Origin: a virus
Virus record (IMG/VR): IMGVR_UViG_3300048837_000371
Location: 1 to 47,277 of that record
Strand: one strand, 5' to 3'
DNA: 47,277 bases
Position numbers and translations under genes: made by a program. Below are positions 33,287 through 40,938 of this stretch, in pieces (the first letter of the stretch is position 1; every line of letters starts with the position of its first letter). The notes beneath the pieces are model-generated. The model did not search any database. It had not been told where the DNA came from and was given only the letters and a program-made list of their open reading frames with translations.

Positions 33287-34661
33287 CGTGAGCAAAGCGT
33301 TCACCCCTCGCGAGTACCAGCAAATCGCGCATGACTTCATGCTCGACGTGCCGCGCTCCGCGCTACTCGCAGGGATGGGTACCGGCAAGACCGTCTCGAC
33401 ACTGACGCTGATCGACACGCTCCATCTGGTCGGTTGGAGTGACCCAATCCTCGTGCTCGGCCCGCTGCGCGTGGCGCGCGACACGTGGCCGGAGGAGGGG
33501 CAGAAGTGGGACCACTTGAAGCACCTGATCGTGAACCCTGTCATCGGCACCCCGGCGCAGCGCCGCGCCGCGCTGCGCACGCCGGGCGATGTGTACACCA
33601 TGAACTACGAAAACCTTCCGTGGCTCGTGGAGACGATTGGCAAGCGCCCGTGGCCCTTCCGCATGGTGGTGGCCGACGAGGCGACGCGGCTCAAAGGCTA
33701 CCGCTTGACGCAAGGCGGGGAGCGCGCACGGGCGCTCGCGCAGGTTGCCCGGCATACGGAGCGCTGGGTCAACCTGACAGGTACGCCGGCGTCCAACGGG
33801 CTCAAGGACCTGTGGGGCCAGTATTGGTTTCTGGACTTCGGCGACCGTCTCGGGCGCACGCACACCGCCTTCATGCAGCGATGGTTTCACACGAAGTACA
33901 GCGGCTTCGGCGTGGAGCCCAACCCGGGCGCCGACGACCAGATATACAGTGCGATCGACGACATTACGCTGTCGATCAACCCGAAAGATTGGTTCGACAT
34001 CGACGATCCGATCGAGAAGATCGTCACCGTTCATCTGCCGCCCGCCGCGCGCAAGCGCTACCAGCAGCTCGAAAAAGATATGTTCACCGAGTTGGAGTGT
34101 GGCACGGCCATCGAGGCGTTCAATGCCGCCGCGCTCACCAACAAATGCCGACAGCTCGCGAACGGCGCCGTCTACACCGAGAACCCCGCGTGGATCGGCG
34201 TACACGACGAGAAGCTCGAAGCGCTCGACAGCATCGTGTCGGAAGCAAACGGGGCGTCAGTGCTCGTGGCCTACGATTTCGTCAGCGACCGCGAGCGCAT
34301 CCTCACAGCGTTCAAAAACGCCGTCGACATCTCCAAGCCCGCGGGCTACAAGGCGTTCATTTCCGGTGAGAAGCAAATCGGCGTGGCGCATCCGAAGTCG
34401 ATGGGCCACGGTATCGACGGGCTGCAGGACGTGTGCAACATCCTGGTGTACTTCGGCCACGACTGGAACCTCGAGGAGCGTATGCAAATCCTCGAGCGCA
34501 TCGGGCCCGTGCGCCAGAAACAAAGCGGGTACGACCGCCCGGTGTGGGTGTACTCTATCGTCGCCGAAGGCACGCTGGACGAAGTGGTGCTCGAGCGGCA
34601 CAAGAGCAAGCGGCTCGTGCAGGACCTATTGCTCGAAGCCATGAAAGGGAGGAAAGCGTAG
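33261..34661 (+). CDS. SNF2-family helicase
   Basis: 466 aa (alternative GTG start at 33288). LLAGMGTGKT (I), VVADEATRLKG (II), NLTGTPASNGLKDLWGQYWFLD (III). C-terminal helicase motifs HPKSMGHGIDGLQ. Confidence 0.85.
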   Translation: MRWHSSGVDVSKAFTPREYQQIAHDFMLDVPRSALLAGMGTGKTVSTLTLIDTLHLVGWSDPILVLGPLRVARDTWPEEGQKWDHLKHLIVNPVIGTPAQRRAALRTPGDVYTMNYENLPWLVETIGKRPWPFRMVVADEATRLKGYRLTQGGERARALAQVARHTERWVNLTGTPASNGLKDLWGQYWFLDFGDRLGRTHTAFMQRWFHTKYSGFGVEPNPGADDQIYSAIDDITLSINPKDWFDIDDPIEKIVTVHLPPAARKRYQQLEKDMFTELECGTAIEAFNAAALTNKCRQLANGAVYTENPAWIGVHDEKLEALDSIVSEANGASVLVAYDFVSDRERILTAFKNAVDISKPAGYKAFISGEKQIGVAHPKSMGHGIDGLQDVCNILVYFGHDWNLEERMQILERIGPVRQKQSGYDRPVWVYSIVAEGTLDEVVLERHKSKRLVQDLLLEAMKGRKA

Positions 34662-34885
34662 TGCAGACCAGACTCGGCTCGTGGCTCGAGGCGTGGGCCA
34701 ACATCCTAGTTGGATTTGCGATCAACTGGACCGCGAATATGCTGGTCTTTCCGCTATTCGGGTTCAATATCACAGCGGGGCAAGCGTTCCATGTGGGGCT
34801 TATTTTTACCGGCATCTCTCTCGTGCGCAGCTACGCTCTGCGCCGCATCTTCAACCGCATCAAGAGGCACCACCATGCCACGTGA
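34661..34885 (+). CDS. Small two-TM membrane protein
   Basis: 74 aa from GTG 34661 (TAGTG overlap) with a strong AGGGAGGAAAG RBS. WANILVGFAINWTANMLVFPLF and FHVGLIFTGISLV. Confidence 0.6.
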   Translation: MQTRLGSWLEAWANILVGFAINWTANMLVFPLFGFNITAGQAFHVGLIFTGISLVRSYALRRIFNRIKRHHHAT

Positions 34886-35063
34886 TTACTACCAGCGCGA
34901 CGTGCGTGTCGACCCCGATACGTTCGTCGGGCTGCGCAAAGAGGATGTCGTCGAGTGGCCGCCGATCGCCGTGAGTGAGCAGCGCATCTCGACCGACGTG
35001 TTTGAGACCCTGCAGGCTGAGTGGTTGGAATCCATAAGGAGGAGCAATGCTGCCGACCGATGA
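34875..35063 (+). CDS. Hypothetical protein
   Basis: 62 aa from ATG 34875 (AGAGG RBS). Confidence 0.5.
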   Translation: MPRDYYQRDVRVDPDTFVGLRKEDVVEWPPIAVSEQRISTDVFETLQAEWLESIRRSNAADR

Positions 35064-35370
35064 CAAGGAGCGCAAGGCGCTGCCACTGTGGGACTTCATG
35101 TTCGGCTACTTCCCCGACGCCTGGCTGGCGGTGGTGGATGTAGCCGTGCAGGGGAATAAGCAGCACAACCCGGGAGAGAAGCTGCACTGGGCGCGCGGCA
35201 AGAGCATGGACCAGCTCAATACCGCGTTCCGCCATCAGTTCGATTATGGCACCGGCACGAAGCTCGATTCGGACGGCGTGCCGCACCTCGCCAAAGCGAT
35301 CTGGCGGCTGATGGCGCAACTGCAACTAGACCTGGAGGCGGATCGAGTGTCCGGGGAGGGTGAGCGATGA
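35047..35370 (+). CDS. DUF5664-like all-alpha NTP pyrophosphohydrolase-like protein
   Basis: 107 aa; AGGAGG RBS. DDKERKALPLWD...AVVDVAVQGNKQH...W......LNTAFRHQFDY....DSDGVPHLAKAIWRLMAQLQL matches my recollection of the dATP/dGTP diphosphohydrolase N-terminal domain pattern. Confidence 0.45.
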   Translation: MLPTDDKERKALPLWDFMFGYFPDAWLAVVDVAVQGNKQHNPGEKLHWARGKSMDQLNTAFRHQFDYGTGTKLDSDGVPHLAKAIWRLMAQLQLDLEADRVSGEGER

Positions 35371-35753
35371 AAGCCTACGTGATCGAGTTGCAGGAGGAAC
35401 TGCGCAAGTGCCAGCAGGACGCCATCGCAATTCAGGTCGACAACGAGCGCCTGCGCAATATGGAGGAGGAATGGAGGCACGGAGCCGGCGAGCTGGCCGC
35501 TGAGATCCAGCGCCTGCGCGGGCTGCTGCGGGAGGCGCGGGACCGATTGCGCGGGTATCCGCTCAACACGTATGAGTCACACTTGATAGACCACATAGAC
35601 GCCGCGCTCGGCACGCAAGCGGATCAACCGGACGGTGGTGGGAAATGCAAATGCGACGACCACGAAGCAAAGTATTGCGTAAACCGGATCAGCCGAACCG
35701 ATCCGTGCCAGTGCGGGTGTCATCGTGGGGCCAACGCTACCGCAACGCCTTGA
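35367..35753 (+). CDS. Coiled-coil protein with Cys-rich C-terminus
   Basis: 128 aa; ATGA overlap; GGGAGGGTGAG RBS; KCKCDDHEAKYCVNRISRTDPCQCGCH. Confidence 0.65.
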   Translation: MKAYVIELQEELRKCQQDAIAIQVDNERLRNMEEEWRHGAGELAAEIQRLRGLLREARDRLRGYPLNTYESHLIDHIDAALGTQADQPDGGGKCKCDDHEAKYCVNRISRTDPCQCGCHRGANATATP

Positions 35754-35791
35754 TGCGCGGCTACGACCACGGGTATGCCGCATACCTCGCA

Positions 35792-35990
35792 GACAAGCCC
35801 ACGGAGGGCGCATGACCCCAGAAGACTTTGCGCGGTGGAAAGGCGTGGACGAGCGGTTCGTCAGGATGGCTGCTGACGCCATACGCGGAGAGCGACAGCC
35901 GATTGATGGCTTCACTGGCCTTCCGCGCTTCGCCTCTCTGGTAAATGCGTGGCGTGAATATAGAGCTACTGACAAGCCCACGGAGGGCGC
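35792..35990 (+). repeat. 20-bp perfect direct repeat flanking the last plus-strand ORF
   Basis: gacaagcccacggagggcgc at 35792-35811 and again at 35971-35990. Both copies encode the C-terminal DKPTEGA of an ORF. Confidence 0.9.
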
Positions 35991-35994
35991 TTAG
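35812..35994 (+). CDS. Hypothetical protein (last gene of the plus arm)
   Basis: 60 aa from ATG 35812. It is preceded by a 20-codon mini-ORF (35753-35815, MRGYDHGYAAYLADKPTEGA) that is chained to it by TGATG and ATGA overlaps. Confidence 0.45.
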   Translation: MTPEDFARWKGVDERFVRMAADAIRGERQPIDGFTGLPRFASLVNAWREYRATDKPTEGA

Positions 35995-36000
35995 CTGAGC

Positions 36001-36204
36001 TTACCGCCCATACGGGGGCCAGCGCCGAGCGATAGGTGCTTCTGAGAAGTCCCGTCGCTCGTCGCGCAGCGCCTCGCTCGGTTCGCGGTTGTTTAGCCAC
36101 CGCAAATGCGAGAGGAGGGCGCGTGCCTGATCGTCGCTGTCGACGAATACAGGCAGGCGCCCTCCGAGTCGCTTCAACAGCTCGATTCGTTGCTCCGGCG
36201 TCAC
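36001..36204 (-). CDS. Hypothetical protein (last gene of the minus arm)
   Basis: 67 aa from GTG 36204 in a GTGA overlap with the upstream stop. Confidence 0.45.
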   Translation of the reverse strand: MTPEQRIELLKRLGGRLPVFVDSDDQARALLSHLRWLNNREPSEALRDERRDFSEAPIARRWPPYGR

Positions 36205-36512
36205 TCGACGGACAGCACCAGCGCGGTCAACGCGCCGGGCGGCGAGTTGTCCTCGACGATGGCGCTCGCCGTCACCGGGGCCGATCGGCGACCTGCGGTA
36301 TCGACCACGACGCCCTGTGCGAACCAAGTGCCGGGCTCCACGTCCTGCACGATGGTCTCGAGCATCGAGGGCGGCAGCAGGTCGATGACGCCGTAGTTCG
36401 CCCCGCCGTCCGCGGAGAGCGAAATCTCGACGTGCTGGATGGCGTCGATCGCCAGCGGCTTGCCGCTCTCGCGCGTGGTGGGCAGAGCCCACTGGATTTT
36501 CAGATTTGCCAT
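36201..36512 (-). CDS. FN3/Ig-like single-domain protein
   Basis: 103 aa. LKIQWALPTTRESGKPL...VEISLSADGG...EPGTWFAQGVVVDTAGRRS has an FN3-like pattern. Confidence 0.55.
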   Translation of the reverse strand: MANLKIQWALPTTRESGKPLAIDAIQHVEISLSADGGANYGVIDLLPPSMLETIVQDVEPGTWFAQGVVVDTAGRRSAPVTASAIVEDNSPPGALTALVLSVE

Positions 36513-36594
36513 ACGTTCAACCCCTTGAGCGGCGACGGCCGCTGCTTGTCTGGTTTGCGGAACAAGGAAAGCACCCAGTCGATGACGGCGCGGA

Positions 36595-37179
36595 TCAGGT
36601 GCATTGCGCCACCACTACGTCGGGTCGGACGTTGCCGCTCCACGTCACCGCAGCGCGCGGCACGACGAAGTAGCCGTTCACGCTCTGGTCAGTGATGCAG
36701 GCAGTCCCAGCCGGGACCGTGCCGACCGGCAGCATCACGAAGCGGTCCACGCGTTTTACGACGGTGTACACGGTGAGCGCGGAGACGACGAGATTGCTCG
36801 GCGGGTTCGGCATGACCGGCGCAATCTGCTTACTGGCGACGCCGCTCCAGGCCGACTCCCCGTAGGTCGTCGAGGCAGAGACGCGGAAGCACCAGTCGCC
36901 GGTCGACAAGCCCGTCACCGTGAACCATTCGATCGGCGTCTGCGCGACGTGCTCGCTGACGAGCGTGCCGAAGTTGCCGTTGGTGGTGCATTTGCTCCAC
37001 TGCACCCGATTGCCGACCAGCCTCCCCTCGCCGCTCGGCGGGATGAAGGTGCCGTCGACGTTCTGCGTCGGGTTCTGCCAGTTGAGCAGCGCCTCGCCCG
37101 GCCCGGCCGGGGGCGGCGTCTGCGCGTAGGCCGATGCGAAGGTGAGCAGCGCCGCGAGGGCGACGAGGTAACGCTTCAT
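36595..37179 (-). CDS. Secreted FN3-like protein with Sec signal peptide
   Basis: 194 aa from ATG 37179 with a GGAGG RBS; the ORF-track start is 37371. MKRYLVALAALLTFASAYA/QTPP (AXA cleavage site). LNWQNPTQNVDGTFI...TGDWCFRVSASTTYGES. Five Cys residues. Confidence 0.65.
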   Translation of the reverse strand: MKRYLVALAALLTFASAYAQTPPPAGPGEALLNWQNPTQNVDGTFIPPSGEGRLVGNRVQWSKCTTNGNFGTLVSEHVAQTPIEWFTVTGLSTGDWCFRVSASTTYGESAWSGVASKQIAPVMPNPPSNLVVSALTVYTVVKRVDRFVMLPVGTVPAGTACITDQSVNGYFVVPRAAVTWSGNVRPDVVVAQCT

Positions 37180-37208
37180 GGGTGCCTCCGGATTATGTAA
37201 CGAGAAGT

Positions 37209-37418
37209 CTACTTCTGGCGGCGGGCTCGTGCAACCTTCGTCCGCCTGGCGTCGCGCCGGTAGCGGATCCAGAAGCGGCCGTTCTCGACCTTGAAGTCCG
37301 TGACGTGGACAAGTCCGCAGTCGCAACACTCCTCGGTGAAGGGTGCCTTGCCAAAGGCGATGGCGTACCACTTCCCGTCGATAATCTGGATCGGTTCGCG
37401 CTCCGTCGGCTTAGCCAT
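37209..37418 (-). CDS. Hypothetical small basic protein
   Basis: 69 aa; 8-nt overlap (ATGGCTAA) with the upstream gene; CCDCG motif. Confidence 0.55.
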   Translation of the reverse strand: MAKPTEREPIQIIDGKWYAIAFGKAPFTEECCDCGLVHVTDFKVENGRFWIRYRRDARRTKVARARRQK

Positions 37419-38898
37419 CGGTCAGTCTCCACTTCCCATCAACGATGGTCACTAACTGCCGCTTGCCGTCGGCGTGCAACAGGCAGTGCGTGTTGAGCCA
37501 GGCGCTCGGGCCGGCATTGTATTCGAGGCGGAGGTGCGTCGAAGTGCCGACCTGATAGCAACCCTCGTCGATACAGGGCGTGTGGCTGTGGCCCACAATG
37601 CTGCGCACGCCGATGCGCCGCAGGTTCGCCGCGCTGCCCCGGGCACCGTTCGGGCCGCGGTCGCCGTGCATCCCAAGTTCCACCCCGCCGAGCACGAAAC
37701 TCTCGTCGGCACCGAGCACCGTCGTCCGCGGGATGTTCGCCTTGCGCAGCCAGTAGCCGAACGGGTCGGGATACTCGGTGCCGTGCCCCATCAGCCGGGT
37801 GCCGCGGGTCATGGCGAGCGCCGTCTCGAGGTAGAACTCCGCGTTCACCGGGTCATGCCGCCAGTCCGTGTTGAGCACCCAGCGTCGCAGGAAGTCGTTG
37901 TGGTTGCTCCCCACGACGACGGACGTGGCGCCTTCTGGCGTCCTGTCGGCGACGAACTGGATCGCCCGGTCCACCTCGGCCCGCACGCTGTCGCGGCCAG
38001 CTTGGCGCTTCGCGATGCGCGAGAAGGGGTTGCCGAGGTGGTGGGGATTGCACGAGTAAGCGTCGAGCAAGTCGTGCCACACGAGGTTCAACGGGCGGAG
38101 TTGCTGCACGATGCCGTCAGGACCGAACGTGGCGCGTTCTACGAAGGGGTCAATCGCATCGACGTGCGTATCCCCCATGACCAGCGCGAGCGGCGGGCGA
38201 GCCGCTACGTGGCCTGTGGGGGACCATTCCGAGCCGAGATCCGTGGCCGCTCCGTGCTTTTCGGACCAGTGGACGTGCCGGAGGTGGAAGTGTGACCCGT
38301 CCAGCTCGACGATGACGGCCGAGAGCGAGTGGTGGAACTCACCGATCCGGCCGGCGCGCGAGTCGGTGTAGTTCTCCACCGTGCACGCCCCGGTCGTGGT
38401 CAGGATCTTCGCCATCTTGTTCGAGGGCGTTGGAACGCAGCGCATCTGCAGCTTGGTGTGGCCGATGATGCCGGAGGCAGCGTGCGAAAGCGCATCCGCT
38501 CCGGTCAGCGGGCTCGAGGCCGTCGGCTGGATCTTGATGTCGCCAAGCAACATCAAGTTGCGGTTGATATTCATCCGCATATTGCACAGGTACGGCCGGA
38601 CCTCAGCCGCCCAATGCTCGGCGTTCCGCTGGCTGCCGGACCACTGACTCGTCGGATTCTTGTAGCGCAGGGGGATGACGACGAGTTCCGCGCCGAGGCA
38701 GCGCGCCATCATTTCCAGCGTCGCCCACCACCGGGCGTGCACCGGAGTCGCGTTTTGCGCAGCCGTAACGATGATCCGCTTGGCGTCTTTCGGCAGCTTC
38801 CGCTCGAACCGCACGTCGACCGGCTCGACCTTGTGCGTCGGGTCGTGGGCGGCGCGGAAGGCCGCCAAGCTGTTGCCCGCGGCCTTCCGGCGGCTCAT
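37411..38898 (-). CDS. Calcineurin-like metallophosphoesterase with a large unknown N-terminal domain
   Basis: 495 aa from ATG 38898 (ATGA overlap). LVMGDTHVD (D.H), VVVGSNHNDF (GNH[DE]), GMHGDRG and VGHSHTP (GH.H) occur in canonical order in the C-terminal half. Confidence 0.7.
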   Translation of the reverse strand: MSRRKAAGNSLAAFRAAHDPTHKVEPVDVRFERKLPKDAKRIIVTAAQNATPVHARWWATLEMMARCLGAELVVIPLRYKNPTSQWSGSQRNAEHWAAEVRPYLCNMRMNINRNLMLLGDIKIQPTASSPLTGADALSHAASGIIGHTKLQMRCVPTPSNKMAKILTTTGACTVENYTDSRAGRIGEFHHSLSAVIVELDGSHFHLRHVHWSEKHGAATDLGSEWSPTGHVAARPPLALVMGDTHVDAIDPFVERATFGPDGIVQQLRPLNLVWHDLLDAYSCNPHHLGNPFSRIAKRQAGRDSVRAEVDRAIQFVADRTPEGATSVVVGSNHNDFLRRWVLNTDWRHDPVNAEFYLETALAMTRGTRLMGHGTEYPDPFGYWLRKANIPRTTVLGADESFVLGGVELGMHGDRGPNGARGSAANLRRIGVRSIVGHSHTPCIDEGCYQVGTSTHLRLEYNAGPSAWLNTHCLLHADGKRQLVTIVDGKWRLTDG

Positions 38899-39182
38899 GT
38901 GAGCGTCTCCCTCAACCGCTTGGCGAACGCCTTTGTACCGGCCCACACGCGCTTGCCGCGCGCTCCGCCGGTGCCGCCCGTCTCGAGGAAGAAGTCCGCG
39001 AACTGGTCGCGGTAGGCTGCGAAATCGGTCTGGCTGACGCCACAGCGCTTGATGAACTCCGCCTCGTACTCCCACGAGTCGCCGAGTGCCGCGAGCCCTT
39101 CCTGGATGCGCTTCGGGACGATGAACGACTTGTCGTGCATGGCTCGAAACGCCTCCAAGTCCTTACCGCTTACTTTCTTCAT
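38895..39182 (-). CDS. Hypothetical protein
   Basis: 95 aa; strong AGGAGG RBS; overlaps the o-spanin end by 20 nt. Confidence 0.6.
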   Translation of the reverse strand: MKKVSGKDLEAFRAMHDKSFIVPKRIQEGLAALGDSWEYEAEFIKRCGVSQTDFAAYRDQFADFFLETGGTGGARGKRVWAGTKAFAKRLRETLT

Positions 39183-39459
39183 TGGTGGGGCCTCCTGTGG
39201 ATAGCGCTGCCTCGCGGCAACGGTAGTAGATCCCGCTCACCTCGATCAGCTTGAGCGTCGTCGCTCCGAAGCTATCGTCGGTCAGCGGGGTCAGTTCGGG
39301 GCAGTTCGCGACGATCAGCGGGTTCGGCTGCGCTCCCGGCGAGGGCCTGATCGACCAGTTGCAGCCAGTCAAGGCTGTAACGACGAGCGCCGCAAACGAC
39401 GCGCTGCGCCATACGCTTGCTGGTAGCGTCGTACCTTTTCTCTGTTCGCTTCCACCCAT
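39163..39459 (-). CDS. o-spanin (outer-membrane lipoprotein, Rz1-like)
   Basis: 98 aa from ATG 39459 (start uncertain). Lipobox ALVVTALTG/C. The mature part is Pro-rich with three further Cys residues (SPGAQPNPLIVANCPELTPL...YYRC). Confidence 0.6.
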   Translation of the reverse strand: MGGSEQRKGTTLPASVWRSASFAALVVTALTGCNWSIRPSPGAQPNPLIVANCPELTPLTDDSFGATTLKLIEVSGIYYRCREAALSTGGPTNEESKR

Positions 39460-39914
39460 CGTCGCCTCCGTACTCGCTCGCGTTCGCGCTGCTCCTCGAT
39501 CGACACCGGCGCTCCTGTGCGGAGATATTTGGTGCCGTCCGCGTTCAGCAATCTGTTCTGCGCCTCGTACTTGGGCCTTCCGCGCCTTTTCAACGCCGCC
39601 TCGCGCGCTACCGCTAGCCTCGCCAACCGCCGCTCTCCCAACCACGGCGCAAGTTTATCAGCGACGCGCAGAAACTCGTCTCTGTTGTACACGCCCCACT
39701 CGTGTACAACTTTCCGGCCCCCGGCGGCCGGCTTTTTTCCGAACACCGTTGTCCCTGCGCCTGTAACCTTCGCGAGCCGCGCTATCACATCTGAATCCGT
39801 CATCTGGACGCAAAGGACGCCTCTCGTACCTATCCACCCCTCGCCCTCAACGATCCCGGCTACCCACGCCCACTGCTCCGGCGTCGTCTCTTTTTTGTCC
39901 AGCGAGTGCATCAT
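39369..39914 (-). CDS. LAGLIDADG-family homing endonuclease (free-standing)
   Basis: 181 aa. A single motif WAWVAGIVEGEGWIG near the N-terminus. RLAKVTG...HEWGVYNRDEFLRVADKLAPWLGERR. Basic C-terminal tail. Visibly more A/T-ending codons than its neighbours. Confidence 0.65.
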   Translation of the reverse strand: MMHSLDKKETTPEQWAWVAGIVEGEGWIGTRGVLCVQMTDSDVIARLAKVTGAGTTVFGKKPAAGGRKVVHEWGVYNRDEFLRVADKLAPWLGERRLARLAVAREAALKRRGRPKYEAQNRLLNADGTKYLRTGAPVSIEEQRERERVRRRRWVEANREKVRRYQQAYGAARRLRRSSLQP

Positions 39915-40221
39915 TGACCAACCCTAGCAGGTCGGCTTCCATTTTGCAATCACGATACACCTCTCGCTCCCTTGTTATCGTCTCAGCCTTCTGACGGATG
40001 GTGACATTCTTCACCTCGATTTTCCGGATCTCCTCGGCCGCGCCCGCGATGGCGGCGTCCCGTGTGCGAACCTCCACGGCGACGAGCTTCGCGTTCTCCG
40101 CGACGCAGTGATCCTCCCCCATGCGGTAGCCCTTGTAGCCAACGGCGGCGTAGGAAGCCACGACAGCGGCGGCCAGCGCGAGCACCACGTAGGGGTTCGA
40201 GAGGACGAGTTTACCCAGCAT
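39847..40221 (-). CDS. i-spanin (Rz-like)
   Basis: 124 aa from ATG 40221. N-terminal TM helix LSNPYVVLALAAAVVASYAAV, then a charged helical periplasmic domain. Confidence 0.6.
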   Translation of the reverse strand: MLGKLVLSNPYVVLALAAAVVASYAAVGYKGYRMGEDHCVAENAKLVAVEVRTRDAAIAGAAEEIRKIEVKNVTIRQKAETITREREVYRDCKMEADLLGLVNDALAGQKRDDAGAVGVGSRDR

Positions 40222-40453
40222 TTGGCGGCTCCGGCGCCGCCACGGCGTTGCGCTGCCGGGCGAACCAGAATGCAATCGTCATGGTGAACGCGGCCCCGAG
40301 CACGCCGACCATCGTGTCGATGATGCGCAATCGCTCCGGGTCGATCTCGTGGGGCGAAAACCATGCCAGATACAGGGCGACGTGGAAGCCGATGAACAGC
40401 AGAATCGACAGAGCGATCTGCGCGCCCATCGTCACTTTGTCGGTGGTGCTCAT
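40211..40453 (-). CDS. Holin candidate (two TM helices)
   Basis: 80 aa from ATG 40453 (ATGA overlap with the endolysin stop). IALSILLFIGFHVALYLAWF and MVGVLGAAFTMTIAFWFA, with a charged C-terminus. Confidence 0.55.
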   Translation of the reverse strand: MSTTDKVTMGAQIALSILLFIGFHVALYLAWFSPHEIDPERLRIIDTMVGVLGAAFTMTIAFWFARQRNAVAAPEPPNAG

Positions 40454-40938
40454 GCTTCGTTGGTGCTCGAGGCTTGATTCGACGCCAGCCGGGGCGGTGC
40501 CACGCGGGGGTCCATTATAGCCTCGATCGGCCAACGATATCCAGCGAGCCTGTCCGTTTGAAAGGGGGCCACCGACACCCGGTTGCCTTGGTTCCCGCCC
40601 AGCACCAAAAGCCGGCCCAGCTGGTCGCGACCTACTACGTAGCCCACATGACCTCCGCCGGAGCGCTCGAAGACGACCACGCAGCCAAAGGCCGGCTGGT
40701 CGAGCTTGACGCCCCAATCGAGCCACGCCTTGGCGCGATACCAGTGTTGGGGGAGGGCGTAGCCGGTCTCGCGGAACACCGCGGCAACAAACGTGCCGCA
40801 CCACGGGGTTTCGTCGTCGCTCCACCACGCCTTGAGGTCGCGCAGCCAGCGAGAGATCGTCGGGTTGTGGGCTTTGCCCGGAATCTCGGGGAGCCCGACG
40901 TAGCGCCGGGCGATGTCAAGCCACTTGGGAGGGGTCAC
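40450..40938 (-). CDS. Endolysin, NlpC/P60-CHAP-like (TIGR02594-type)
   Basis: 162 aa from GTG 40938 (GTGA overlap). WLDIARRYVGLPEIPGKAHNPTISRWL...DDETPWCGTFVA (catalytic Cys), GGGHVGYVVG (His), LGGNQGNRV. Confidence 0.65.
   Translation of the reverse strand: MTPPKWLDIARRYVGLPEIPGKAHNPTISRWLRDLKAWWSDDETPWCGTFVAAVFRETGYALPQHWYRAKAWLDWGVKLDQPAFGCVVVFERSGGGHVGYVVGRDQLGRLLVLGGNQGNRVSVAPFQTDRLAGYRWPIEAIMDPRVAPPRLASNQASSTNEA

Noticed and set aside
19250-35994. Temperate lifestyle (integrase, CI/Cro-type repressor, attP), considered because of the LexA box.
   Set aside because: No tyrosine or serine recombinase-sized ORF or motif, no recognisable HTH repressor pair and no tRNA-like attP were seen. 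The LexA box alone is not evidence of lysogeny. Small unknown early ORFs could still hide a regulator.
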